A stretch of 64,000 nt of DNA, from assembly GCA_030390025.1 (NCBI GenBank), contig CM059431.1:120096001-120160000 (forward strand). Reading direction: 5' to 3'. Position numbers and translations under genes: made by a program. Shown in pieces: positions 23,564-34,360 of the stretch. Source of the DNA: Squalus acanthias. Its lineage: Eukaryota. Positions within the stretch are counted from its first letter, which is position 1, and each line of letters opens with the position of its first letter. The notes beneath the pieces are model-generated. The model did no database searches and had not been told where the DNA came from. It was given only the letters and a program-made list of their open reading frames with translations.

Positions 23564-25686
23564 AAAATTGAGAGGTCACACAACACCAGGTTATAGTCCA
23601 ACAGTTTTATTTGAAATCACAAGCTTTCGGAGCTTACTACTCCTTCGTCGGGTGAAGTAAAGAGATACAGAATCGCCAAAGCATATATAGATAGAGAACA
23701 ATGCATGTGTACCTTACAATTGCAGACAACTAAATTAAATCATCCTGACTGTTTATCTGCCGAGGTGTGATAAAGTTAATCAGGTCAGCCAGGAAGGTAC
23801 CACTTCAAAGACATAGCAAGATACAACTGAGACAATGAGGTGGAGTCGGAGGGGGTCTAATGTGTCAAAAGCTGCCGTCTGTATGTAAAACGATAAGCTT
23901 TAAAAATTTTACTTTTTTACTGGGAATCACATCTGTGAACAAGCCAACGACGACTCGAGTCCGGATCACGTCATGTATCGTGACATAAACCCAAGATCCC
24001 GGTTGAGACCGTCTTCATGAGTGCGGAACTTGGCTATCAGTTTCTGCTCGATGATTTTGCGTTGTCGTGTGTTCCTAAGGTCGCCTTGGAGAACGCTTAC
24101 CCGCAGATCCGAGGCTGAATGTCCTTGACTGCTGAAGTGTTCCCCGACTGGGAGGTAACAATCCTGCCTGACGATTGTTGCGTGGTGCTCGTTCATACGT
24201 TGTCTCAGTGTCTGCATGGTCTCGCCGATGTACCATGCCGCGGTGCATTCTTTCCTGCAACGTATGAGGTAGACAACGTTGGCCAAGTCACATGAGTATG
24301 TACCATGTACCTGGTGGGTAGTGTCCTCACGTGTGATGGTGGTATCTGTGTTGATGATCTGGCACGTCTTGCGGAGTTTGCCGTGGCAGGGTTGTGTGGT
24401 GTCGTGGTCGCTGTTATCCTGAAAGCTGGGTAATTTGCTGCGAACGATGGTACTTCTGAGGTTAGGCGGCTGTTTGAAGGCAAGTTGTGGAGGCGTGGGG
24501 ATGGCCTTAGCAAGGTGTTTGTCGTCATCGATGGCATGTTGAAGGCTGCGAAGAACATGGCGTAGTTTCTCCGCTCCGGGGAAGTACTGGACGACGTAGG
24601 GTACCCTGTTGGTTGTGCCTACGTCGTCCAGTACTTCCCCGGAGCGGAGAAACTACGCCATGTTCTTCGCAGCCTTCAACATGTCATCGATGACGACAAA
24701 CACCTCGCTAAGGCCATTCCCACGCCTCCACTACTTGCCTTCAAACAGCCGCCTAACCTCAGAAGTACCATCGTTCGCAGTAAATTACCCAGCTTTCAGG
24801 ATAACAGCGACCACGACACCACACAACCCTGCCACGGCAAACTCTGCAAGACATGCCAGATCATCAACACAGATACGACCATCACACGTGAGGACACTAC
24901 CCACCAGGTACATGGTACATACTCATGTGACTCGGCCAACGTTGTCTACCTCATACGTTGCAGGAAAGAATGCACCGCGGCATGGTACATCGGCGAGACC
25001 ATGCAGACACTGAGACAACGTATGAACGAGCACCGCGCAACAATCGTCAGGCAGGATTGTTACCTCCCAGTCGGGGAACACTTCAGCAGTCAAGGACATT
25101 CAGCCTCGGATCTGCGGGTAAGCGTTCTCCAAGGCGACCTTAGGAACACACGACAACGCAAAATCATCGAGCAGAAACTGATAGCCAAGTTCCGCACTCA
25201 TGAAGACGGTCTCAACTGGGATCTTGGGTTTATGTCACGATACATGACGTGATCCGGACTCGAGTCGTCGTTGGCTTGTTCACAGATGTGATTCCCAGTA
25301 AAAAAGTAAAAATTTTAAAGCTTATCGTTTTACATACAGACGGCAGCTTTTGACACGTTAGACCCCCTGCGACTCCACCTCATTGTCTCAGTTGTATCTT
25401 GCTATGTCTTTGATGTGGTACCTTCCTGGCTGACCTGATTAACTTTATCACACCTCGGCAGATAAACAGTCAGGATGATTTAATTTAGTTGTCTGCAATT
25501 GTATGGTACACATGCATTGTTCTCTATCTATATATGCTTTGGCGATTCTGTATCTCTTTACTTCACCCGACGAAGGAGTAGTAAGCTCCGAAAGCTTGTG
25601 ATTTCAAATAAAACTGTTGGACTATAACCTGGTGTTGTGTGACCTCTCAATTTTGTCCACCCCAGTCCAACACCGGCATCTCCGCA
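23564..25686. mobile_element. 5'-truncated Penelope-like element with ~1.04-kb inverted duplication
   Basis: Arms 23564-24600 and 24618-25654 with a 17-nt spacer; TSD TCTAAACTCCCCA (23552-23564, 25687-25699). Confidence 0.93.
24620..25252 (+). CDS. Penelope ORF C-terminus with GIY-YIG endonuclease (partial; mirrored at 23966-24598 on minus strand)
   Basis: PLLAFKQPPNL, PCHGKLCKTC, NVVYLIRC..WYIGET..LRQRMNEH, PVGEHF, GLN. Confidence 0.9.
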   Translation, partial: YVVQYFPGAEKLRHVLRSLQHVIDDDKHLAKAIPTPPLLAFKQPPNLRSTIVRSKLPSFQDNSDHDTTQPCHGKLCKTCQIINTDTTITREDTTHQVHGTYSCDSANVVYLIRCRKECTAAWYIGETMQTLRQRMNEHRATIVRQDCYLPVGEHFSSQGHSASDLRVSVLQGDLRNTRQRKIIEQKLIAKFRTHEDGLNWDLGFMSRYMT

Positions 25687-26417
25687 TCTAAACTCCCCAG
25701 CCAGGGGAAACATCCTCCCTGCATCTACCCTGTTAAGCCCTGTAAGAATTGTGTATATTTCAATGAGATCACCTCTCATTCTTCTAAACTCTAGGGAATA
25801 TAGGCCTAGTCTACTCAATCTCTCCTCATGGCTCATCTTCTACCTCAACTCCACCTTCCCGCACTATCCCCATATCCCTTGATTCCCTTAATATCCAAAA
25901 AATCTATTGATCTCTGCCTTGAATATACTCAACGACTCAGCATCCACAACCCTCTGGGTTAGAGAATTCCAAAGATTCACCACACTTTGAATGAAGAAAT
26001 TTCCCCTCATCTCAGTCCTAAATGGCCGACCCCTTATTCTGAGACTGTGCCCCCTAGTTCTAGACACCCCCAGCCAGGGGAAACATCCTCCCAGCATCTA
26101 TCCTGTCAAGCCCTGCAAGAATTTTATGTCCTATAAATTCAATTAGGCCAAAAGACGGGCACAGAGATCGCGATGTGCAATCTGCCCGCACCCATTGAAA
26201 GTGGTGCAGGCAGCATACAAAATTTGTGCTGCCTGTTCATTTAGATGTTTGGAACATTGAGCGCAGCACTAAACAGGCTGCTGGTTGGCTCAACACACAA
26301 GAGGGAGGCCAATATCGGGTGAAGTCTACTGGCCAATAAAATTTTGCCTAGGCTCTCTGCACTTAAAGGGGAGGTGCTTTGTTGCAGAAGCATCCCATTC
26401 TCACTCTGGATGCAGCC

Positions 26418-28173
26418 ATGGCTCAACAGGGAAGAGAAAGGGCAAGTTTTTTTTTTTTATTCATTCCTGGGATTTGGGCATCGCTGGCAAGGCCAGCATT
26501 TAGTGCCCATCCCTAATTGCTCTTGAGAAGGTGGTGGTGCGCTATTTTCTTGAACTGCAGCAGTCCCTGATTCTCTGATGCAGCACTGGAGGTCTTGGTC
26601 CTGGGGGTACACAGAAGAGGACAGGTACTCTACCCACAGGGGGGAAGCAGGCCTTCCAGGCAGAACGTCAGAAGGCAGTGGGAGGAGATAGCACAAGCCA
26701 TCAGTGTCACGTGTGTTGCCCCCAGGACCTGGTTCCAGTGGTGCAAGAAGTTTAATATGACCTCACATGAATGGTCAAGGTGAGTGAATGCATCTTCAAA
26801 TGCCATATCCCACCAACTGCACCACTAGCCTCACACACTGCTCAATGCACCACACCCCATCACTCACCTACCAACAATCTCTAGCAACCACGACTCATAC
26901 CTCACAATCATAGCTTCACCTTACCCTCACACACTTACCACTGCTGCAGGCCTCACACCCACATCTCACACCTTTTGCACACTGCCAGCTGTTCACCATG
27001 ACAGGCACATCACCCAGACACATTGCACCACACCCACTGACACATTTCCCTTTCTCTTGCAGACCAAGTTGGCTCACAACTGCCATGAGCAGCAGCAGAC
27101 ATGCAGAGGGGAAGCACGTCTGCAGATCCTTACTGTGCTGGAGGAGACGGTGCTAGAGATCATTGGAGGGGCCATCACTGAGACCGTGGTGACGGCAAGG
27201 TTGAAAGCATTGCTGATGATGGCCTGCTCTTAATCCTTCTTCTCACATCCCACTTCCCCCTCATCCCACAATCTCTTCTCACATACAAGCTGCTGATGGT
27301 GTAAGCAAATACATCTTGCTTTCCCACTCTCTCCTCACCACAACCCAACCCTTGCGCCTTTCTCCTTTCAGATATCCAAGAAATACCAGCAGTCCAGCCT
27401 GTCCCTGACTTAGTAGAGGAGGAGAGTGCTGAAGAAGAAGAAGAGGCACTGTCACTCAATCTGACACTCCTAGGCACCAGCTCACAAAACAGTACTATGC
27501 GAATGTTAAAGGGTAGTATAGAGGTGGGATCTGTATGTGGAGAGTCACCGGGTACAAGTGGGCTGCAGCCAAGCCGGGGGAAAGGGTAGCTCGGGTACCA
27601 GCTCCCTGGAAGGCGAGTTCACACACGAGTTCAGCTGCACAGGACTTCCATTGCAGCACAAGCGGAAGCGACCCAACGTGTTAGTGCTACACCGGAAGCT
27701 CGGACTGCCCTCATGCAGCCCCAGTTTGCTGTCACGCAAGCTCAGACGGATGCCATCGTGGCTGGGTTTACAAGTGTGGAAAGGGGCTTGCAGGGTCTCA
27801 CAGCAGTCCAGCAATCTGAGCTCCAACAGATGGCTCGGAAAGCTGAGGCGCCGCCCCCAGGGAGTGGCAGTGGAGCACGACCCTGCTGTCCTCTCTCAGG
27901 AAAACATCATTCCTACTCCCACCACTGCCACTCCGCCATTGCCCTTGCTGCTGCCTGTCAGCCAGCCAGCCCAGACTGCTGCCGCCCATGCCGAGGTGGT
28001 CCAGTCCACAGCTGGGCCTTTTCGGCCCAGAGCTATTCGAAGTCGTCCTGCAAGGCCATCTGCAGTGCCCCCACGGAAAGTCAATAGCCTTCCACCAGCC
28101 ATGCTGCAGCAACTGGGGTAGCACTGCATAGGAGTACAAGATTAGGAAAAGAAACACGAAAAGCAGACACTAA
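26418..28173 (+). pseudogene. Harbinger Myb/SANT gene remnant
   Basis: FSDAALEVLV..QWEEIAQ..WCKKFN; donor AG|GTGAGT at ~26779; acceptors at ~27062 and ~27371; a LINE tail is inserted at ~26448-26568. Confidence 0.75.
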
Positions 28174-28364
28174 GGGAATGCACAAGGGTGATTAGTTGAC
28201 TTTGTTATGCAGTATTGGCTTGATTCATTTATAAATTGTGTTTGAAATGTTTGTTTTGTGGTGGCTCTCATTTCAGCATTGTTCCCAAGAGGACACTGTG
28301 ATGTTCCATGACAGAGCGATGGTAAGGTGGGGAAGTGGTGAGCAACGGGGATCTGGGGTTTCAT

Positions 28365-29483
28365 TCAGGGAAACCGGATTCTGATGAGGCACTCACGGAC
28401 AGCCCATCCGGAATGGGGATCTGCTACCTGCCTCCTCCCTTCCTTTTCTTCCTCCTCCTCTTCCTTCTCCTCCTCCTCCGCTTCCTCCTCCTCCTTCTCC
28501 GCAGGTGGCCATGGAACCCAAGGTGGCAAGGGCTGCACCCTCATGATGGCCAAGTTGGGGAGGAAGCAGCAGACCACCACAAAATGGGACACCCACTCTG
28601 GAGTGTACTGGAAGGCTCCTCCCGAGCAGTCAAGGCAGTCGAACCATTGCTATAGCACCCCGACGGTATGATTGATGAGGTTCCTCATGGCAGCATAGCT
28701 CTCATTATATGAGTGGTGGGGTTGTGGATGGGAGTCATCAGCCAGGTGTTGAGTGGATAGCCCTCGTCTCCAAGCATCCACTCTCGGGTTTGACATGGTG
28801 GCTGGAAGATTGCTGGACCGGAAGCCGATGCAGGGTGAAGGTATCATGACTGCTGCCAGAACACTTGGCATCAACATGATGTGCTGGGCATGATCGCACA
28901 CCAACTGCACATAATCTCAAGATTGATATGCGGTGCCCTCAAAGCCACGTGCGTGCAGTCGATGGCACCCTCCACCATGGGGAAGCCCGATATCCTGGCA
29001 AAGCCATATACGCGCTCCTCCTGCTTCTCTCTGTTCAGAGAGAAGTGAATGAAATCCCTTCTCCTGGAGGACAGAGCCTCTATGACCTCCTGGATGCTGC
29101 GATGGATGGCAAACTGGGAGGTGTTAGCTATGTCTCCTGCTCCAGACTGGAAGAATCCGGTGGTGAAAAATCTGAGGCCCTTGGTGACCTTGAGGGCCTC
29201 TGGAGGCTCTGCTCTGAGGCAGCAGGTCTGGTTTCAAGATGTTGCAGAGTTCTGTGACCACCTCGTTGTTGAAGCGGAATCTCCGAATACACTGCTCCTG
29301 GCTTAAGTGCAGGTAGGAGAAGTGCTCTCGGAAGACCCTACATGGGTAAGGCCTCCTGCTGAGAGCCCTCTTGACCCACCTCCTCCTCCTCCCTCTGCAA
29401 GCAGCTTGTCCTCTTCTTTGCTGTCTCTGCTCCATCTCCCTGTCATGCTCCAGCGTGAGGGGGACTTCAAGTAGAGCCCCCAT
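28365..29483 (-). pseudogene. Harbinger transposase remnant
   Basis: RVFREHFSYLHLSQEQCIRRFRF, GAIDCTHVAL, QLVCDH, acidic tail; several frameshifts. Confidence 0.85.
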
Positions 29484-31874
29484 GACTGGGAGCAAGTGGT
29501 CTGAGCAGATCTCTTGAATTCAGAAGCAAGGCCTTCACCACTCCCTGTCACCTCACCAACTTTAAATAACTGTAGAAAGTGCCAAACAGTTGCACAAACT
29601 TACAGAGAACCAGTAGAACTCAAAAAGCAAGTCACCTGCAAATTGTTGATGATCCCTTTAATTACCGCTGGTGGGTAGTCCCTCGTGCAGCTGAACGCAC
29701 GTTCTGCTGTACGTGATTTGGAAAGGGCATGCAGTCGAGCGCCGATGTCCAAAATGGCAGGTTGTGCGCCAAATCAGCTTTGCACGCTGATTGACGTCAC
29801 GATCTGAACGATTAGCATTTTTCTAGCAAATGCAGGCAACGGCCGCGCTGCTAAGCCTTGACCCTCTCGTCCTTCTCTGGGCCCATCAGACATCTCGGGC
29901 CTTGCTGTCACACAGACTGAGTGAGAGAATCCTCCAAAGCACAGAAATCGGCTCACCACACGGTATAGATAGCAAATTGGAGGTGTTTTCACCGAGTGAT
30001 TCAGTGAGCACATGAACTGCTGCAGCTGGAAACGATGGACCAGGAAAGAGCTCACCAGAAACCCAGCTTGCATCCTACGGAAGAGGACAGAGATGCGGAC
30101 TTTGGGAGCCCAGACTTTCAAAGAAAAATGCTTTCCGTGCACCAGTAACTGATCAATGCATTGGACTGCTAGCCAGGGAGCTTCTGCTACATGTTAGAGA
30201 GTATGGATGTGTCTACTACCAATTTCTGTGAGGTTCTGGTGCATGGCATCAACACTTTGCAGTTAACCATGGAGTATGTGGTCAACTCAATGGACACTGC
30301 AGCTGGTCCCTTCTTGTATGAGTTTGTGGCACCAGACATTGCATCGCTCAGTGATGCTATTACTAGGGCCATGCAGGATCTGGGCTCAACCATCTTCTCC
30401 GCCTTGGTCAGACTGGGACACCGAATAAATAGGGGCTTCCATCAGATCTCTTGCAGACCAGTGTGAGTGCTGAGTCGCAGCCCAAAAGCAGAGGTAGTTG
30501 TGCAATAGGGATGGAACATGTTGCCATCTCTCAAAATGACAGCATGTCCGGACCCTCGCCACTCTCTCAAACAATGCCTGTTCTGGTGCTGGAATGACAG
30601 CTGGGCCAGACTGCCCTGACAGATGGGTGTTGCTGCAGTCTGTAGCTGGGCCCTCTAAGCACAAGCTCGTAGAGGTTGCTGACCATGAGCATCTAAAGAA
30701 CCCCTGATTGAGTCACAGATCCCTTCCACCTCTCCTGCTGAAACCACTGGAAGAACATCTTGTAGAAGCATTCGAGTAGGAAAGAAAACACAACACAAGC
30801 ACTAAGATCTCCCAGCTGGGCGATAATTAGTGTGTAGGCATTTATGTAAGCCAGTAAAATGATAAACTATTTTGAAATTGTTGCGTGCAGCAAGTGGTCC
30901 AATAGCAGCTGGTGACCCTAATGATTGTTGGCATGAATATGAATGCTGATCTTTGGTGGTGCTGTTTATTTGAGGATGGAAGGACTGGGAGAGATGTTGG
31001 ACATGATTGTTAATGCAGGGGGGTAAATATTTATTAAAAAACTGGATAGCAAATTTGCAATGAGGAACTTATCATTTTAAAGAATGCAAAAATACTTATC
31101 TGAGCAGCAGCAGTAGCAAATATAGCCTGGCAAAACACGACAATCAAAATGGCTGCCAAATGAATCCCTAAATGTTTTGAACAACATGACGTTAACACTT
31201 CACGTATGTGCACTAGTCAAACAGTCACACATGCATATTATGCAGGGAATAAGATAGAGATTATCTGTACTTTTTATTTGTAAACACAAAAGAGTGGCAC
31301 ACTTTGGTTGATCTCCTGCAACTCAGCCTTTGTAGACCACAAAATATAAAAGCTCTCTTCTTTCATGTCCTCTTCTGGCAGGTATGTGCCGTGCACATTG
31401 ATATTTTTGAATGACTTTCATCTTGTTCCTGAGCTCCAGGTTTGGTGGATTCACGGCACAGCTTTGGCTCAATCAATAATTGCTTTCCACACCTGCTTGA
31501 ACCAGGTGCTGGTGGGAAATGTGGACCTCTGTCCGGTAAATGCCATTTCTCCATTTCTTTGCTCCCTGGTCACCAAATAGGAAATGATTATTTCAGCTCG
31601 CATTTCAGTGCATGCTCTGATATATCATTACAGCACATGTCTTTATGCAACAAATAAAAAAACAGTAAAACTGTTTGCTCATGTGTGCACTTTATAATGC
31701 TGAAACAGCTTAAGCAATGGCCAGTTAGCCTTTGATTATGCAAAACCAGTAATTTCTAAGTTTACATTTCTGATGAAGTGAGTATATAAGATCATATGCA
31801 GTTTCTTTATCAATGAGGAGGTAAGTGCTCGGAGGTGACAGACCAAGTACTACTGAGGAGCCAGTTGCAGCTTT

Positions 31875-32265
31875 GAATCAGAGAATCATATGGCACAAAA
31901 GGAGGCCATTCAGCCCATCATGCCCATGCAGGGCCTTTGAAAGAGCTATCCAATTAGTTCCACTCCCTTGCTATTTCCACACAACCCTGCCAATTTTTCC
32001 TTTGCAAGTATGTATCCAATTCCCTTTTGAGCGTTACAATGAAATCTGCTTCCACTTTCAGGCAGTGCATTCCAAATTATAACAATTTGCTGCATAAAAA
32101 AAAATCCTCATATCCCCTCTGGTTCTTTTTACAATTATCTTAAATCTGTGGTCTCTGGTTACTGACTCTCCTGCCAGTGGAAACAGTAAACTCTATCAAA
32201 ATCTTTCATAATTTTGAACATCTCTATTAAATCTCTCCTTAACCTTCTCTGCTCTAAGGAGAACA
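31875..32265 (-). mobile_element. CR1 3' fragment
   Basis: Minus strand FSLEQRRLRRDLIEMFKIMK and CR1 3'UTR. Confidence 0.75.
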
Positions 32266-32600
32266 AAAATGAGAAGTTGCACAACACCAGGTTATAGTCC
32301 AACATTTTATTTGAAATCACGAGCTTTCGGAGCGCTGCTCCTTCGTCAGGTAAAGTGAAAGAATATAAATCAACAAAGCATATATAGACAGAGAACAATG
32401 TGTAGCGTACAATGTCAGATGACTACAGTAAATCTTTCTGACTGGCCTCCATTACACCTCGGCAGAGATACAATCAGGCCAGTCAGGAAGGCATTACATC
32501 AAAGACACAGCAAAATACAGCTAAGACAATGAGGTGGGGTCACAGGGGGTCCAACGTGTCAAATGCTGCAGTCTGTATGGTTAAGCTTTTTACTTTTTTT
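32266..32600 (-). mobile_element. Penelope-like 3'UTR/pLTR fragment with hammerhead motif (32318-32353)
   Basis: Homologous to 23565-23900; minus strand CUGACGA-aggagc-agc-gcucc-GAAA-gcuc. Confidence 0.8.
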
Positions 32601-33443
32601 TAAATGTTGGAGAGAAAGTCAAAAGGGATCAGCAGCAAAATTACAAGTGGAACATTTCTATTTTTGTTGTTTTATTTTTACATGGTCCTCCTAGCTCTTT
32701 CTGCGGTTTTGTGTCTGTCTTGTTTGACCTTACAAAGGAATCAAACCTTAAGTGCTGTCTGCATATTTGCTACCATAATTTCCAGTAATACATTGCTGGG
32801 CTCTGTGCCAACAGTCAACAAATATCTATGTTTTTATTGAAAACATGAAGATTTAAAAGTAACATTATTTTTCTTCTCATGTTGTGTATGTACTGTGCCA
32901 TCCATAGCATCATTCCACAAGTACTGTAGCTTTAAATCAATCATTATTCAGCTCTTATTATTTAAATCCATAAATGCTATGCAGCTTATTGTGTTATTGC
33001 TCTTTCCTATACCCACAGCAGCCAAAAGCACTGGCATTGGAATTGGAAAATGTAAGCCAGTGTGCTCAATCCAACAGCAGGTAATGAAATGAACCAATGT
33101 GCAATAATGTAATCTTTGCAAATGGAAAGGGCATACCATGTGACATGAGTCAGCCAACTCGTTCATTGTGAGGGCGAGGTCCGATTCTTTTTAGCTTATA
33201 ATTTAGTTTGGCTTGAAGACAATTGCCTGGATCTCCCAGCATAATTTTAGCAGACGATTGGCGGAAACCCAGAGAAAGGGCGAGAACAGTCGATCATCTG
33301 TCGGGGTCACATTAGGACCAACCCCACGGGAAATCTACTCCAATGTTTCTGTTTTATTGGGGTTTTTTTTGTTTAACACAGGTTGGAATTCATCTTTCGG
33401 GGTTACGTATTGTACTTCATTGAGCACAGCACTGTTAATAGTA

Positions 33444-33679
33444 ACAGAAAACGCTGGAAAAACTCAGCAGGCCAGGCAGCATCCGTGGAGAGAGTAACAG
33501 AGTTAACGTTTCAGGTCGAAGACCCTTATCTTAGCATTTATAATGAGTTCTGACGAAAGGTCATTGACCTGAAACGTTAACTCTGTTTCTCTCTCCACGG
33601 ATGCTGCCTGGCCTGCTGAGTTTTTCCAGTGTTTTCTGTTGTTAATTCGGATTTCCAGCATCCGCAGTATTTTGCTATT
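33444..33679. mobile_element. Second-family short fold-back Penelope-derived element
   Basis: Inverted arms; 15-bp TSD GCACTGTTAATAGTA (33429-33443, 33680-33694); degenerate relatives at ~7400-7520 and ~54018-54150. Confidence 0.85.
33545..33583 (+). ncRNA. Minimal type I hammerhead ribozyme
   Basis: Helix I GAGUU/AACUC, CUGACGA, helix II AGGUC-auu-GACCU, GAAA, palindrome AACGUU, predicted GUU cleavage triplet. Confidence 0.78.
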
Positions 33680-34129
33680 GCACTGTTAATAGTATTGGCC
33701 AGTTGATGCAGTAGGCGTTTAGTTTCTGTTGGCAATGTGACTTCTCAAAATTGGCAAGAAATGTTTGAAATGGGCGGTTGGAAAGAGTTAATAGAAAAGC
33801 ACTGATTTTTTGGATTTGATTTTTGAGGAAATTATTTGAATTAAAACAGCAGTACTGCTAACAGCAGACAGTCAGGGATTGTTGGCACAAACTCAGTCGA
33901 GTGCATCAGAATAAATTAGTTCAGTTTGATAGAAAGATTGTTCTGATCTCACAATCAAAGGCAACAGGAAAACTTGGTTTAGTTACAAGTTTGCCCATAC
34001 AGAAAAAAAAAGAATCTGAATACAAAATGCAGCTTGATTTTAGCTAAGCACATTTGCACCTGGTAAATTTTAGAGAGTGAGTTGCATGTTTCATTGGTGC
34101 CACGCTCATTACTATTGCCTGATGCATTT

Positions 34130-34360
34130 TACATAGAATTACATAGAATTACATAGGATATACGGCACAGAAAAAAGGCCATTCGGCCCAACCAGTCCAT
34201 GCCGGCGTTTATGCTCCACTCGAGCCTCCTCCCATCCTTCCTCATCTAAGTCTATCAGCAAAACCCTCCATTCCCTTCTTCCTCATATGCTTATCTAGCC
34301 TCCCCTTAAATGCATCTACACTATTCGTCTCAACATTCTCACCACTCTCTGGGTAAAGAA
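34130..34360 (-). mobile_element. CR1 3' tail
   Basis: (TTACATAGAA)n tail and GGCCATTCGGCCC on the + strand. Confidence 0.75.

Larger units (their letters stand above)
23250..26125 (-). mobile_element. Two CR1 3' fragments on the minus strand; the first is split by a Penelope insertion
   Basis: Reverse-complement CR1 3'UTR and RT end; flanks of 23565-25686 rejoin; a second fragment at ~25830-26125. Confidence 0.85.
26128..29870. mobile_element. Degenerate PIF/Harbinger transposon (boundaries approximate)
   Basis: Convergent Myb/SANT (+) and transposase (-) remnants. Confidence 0.75.
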
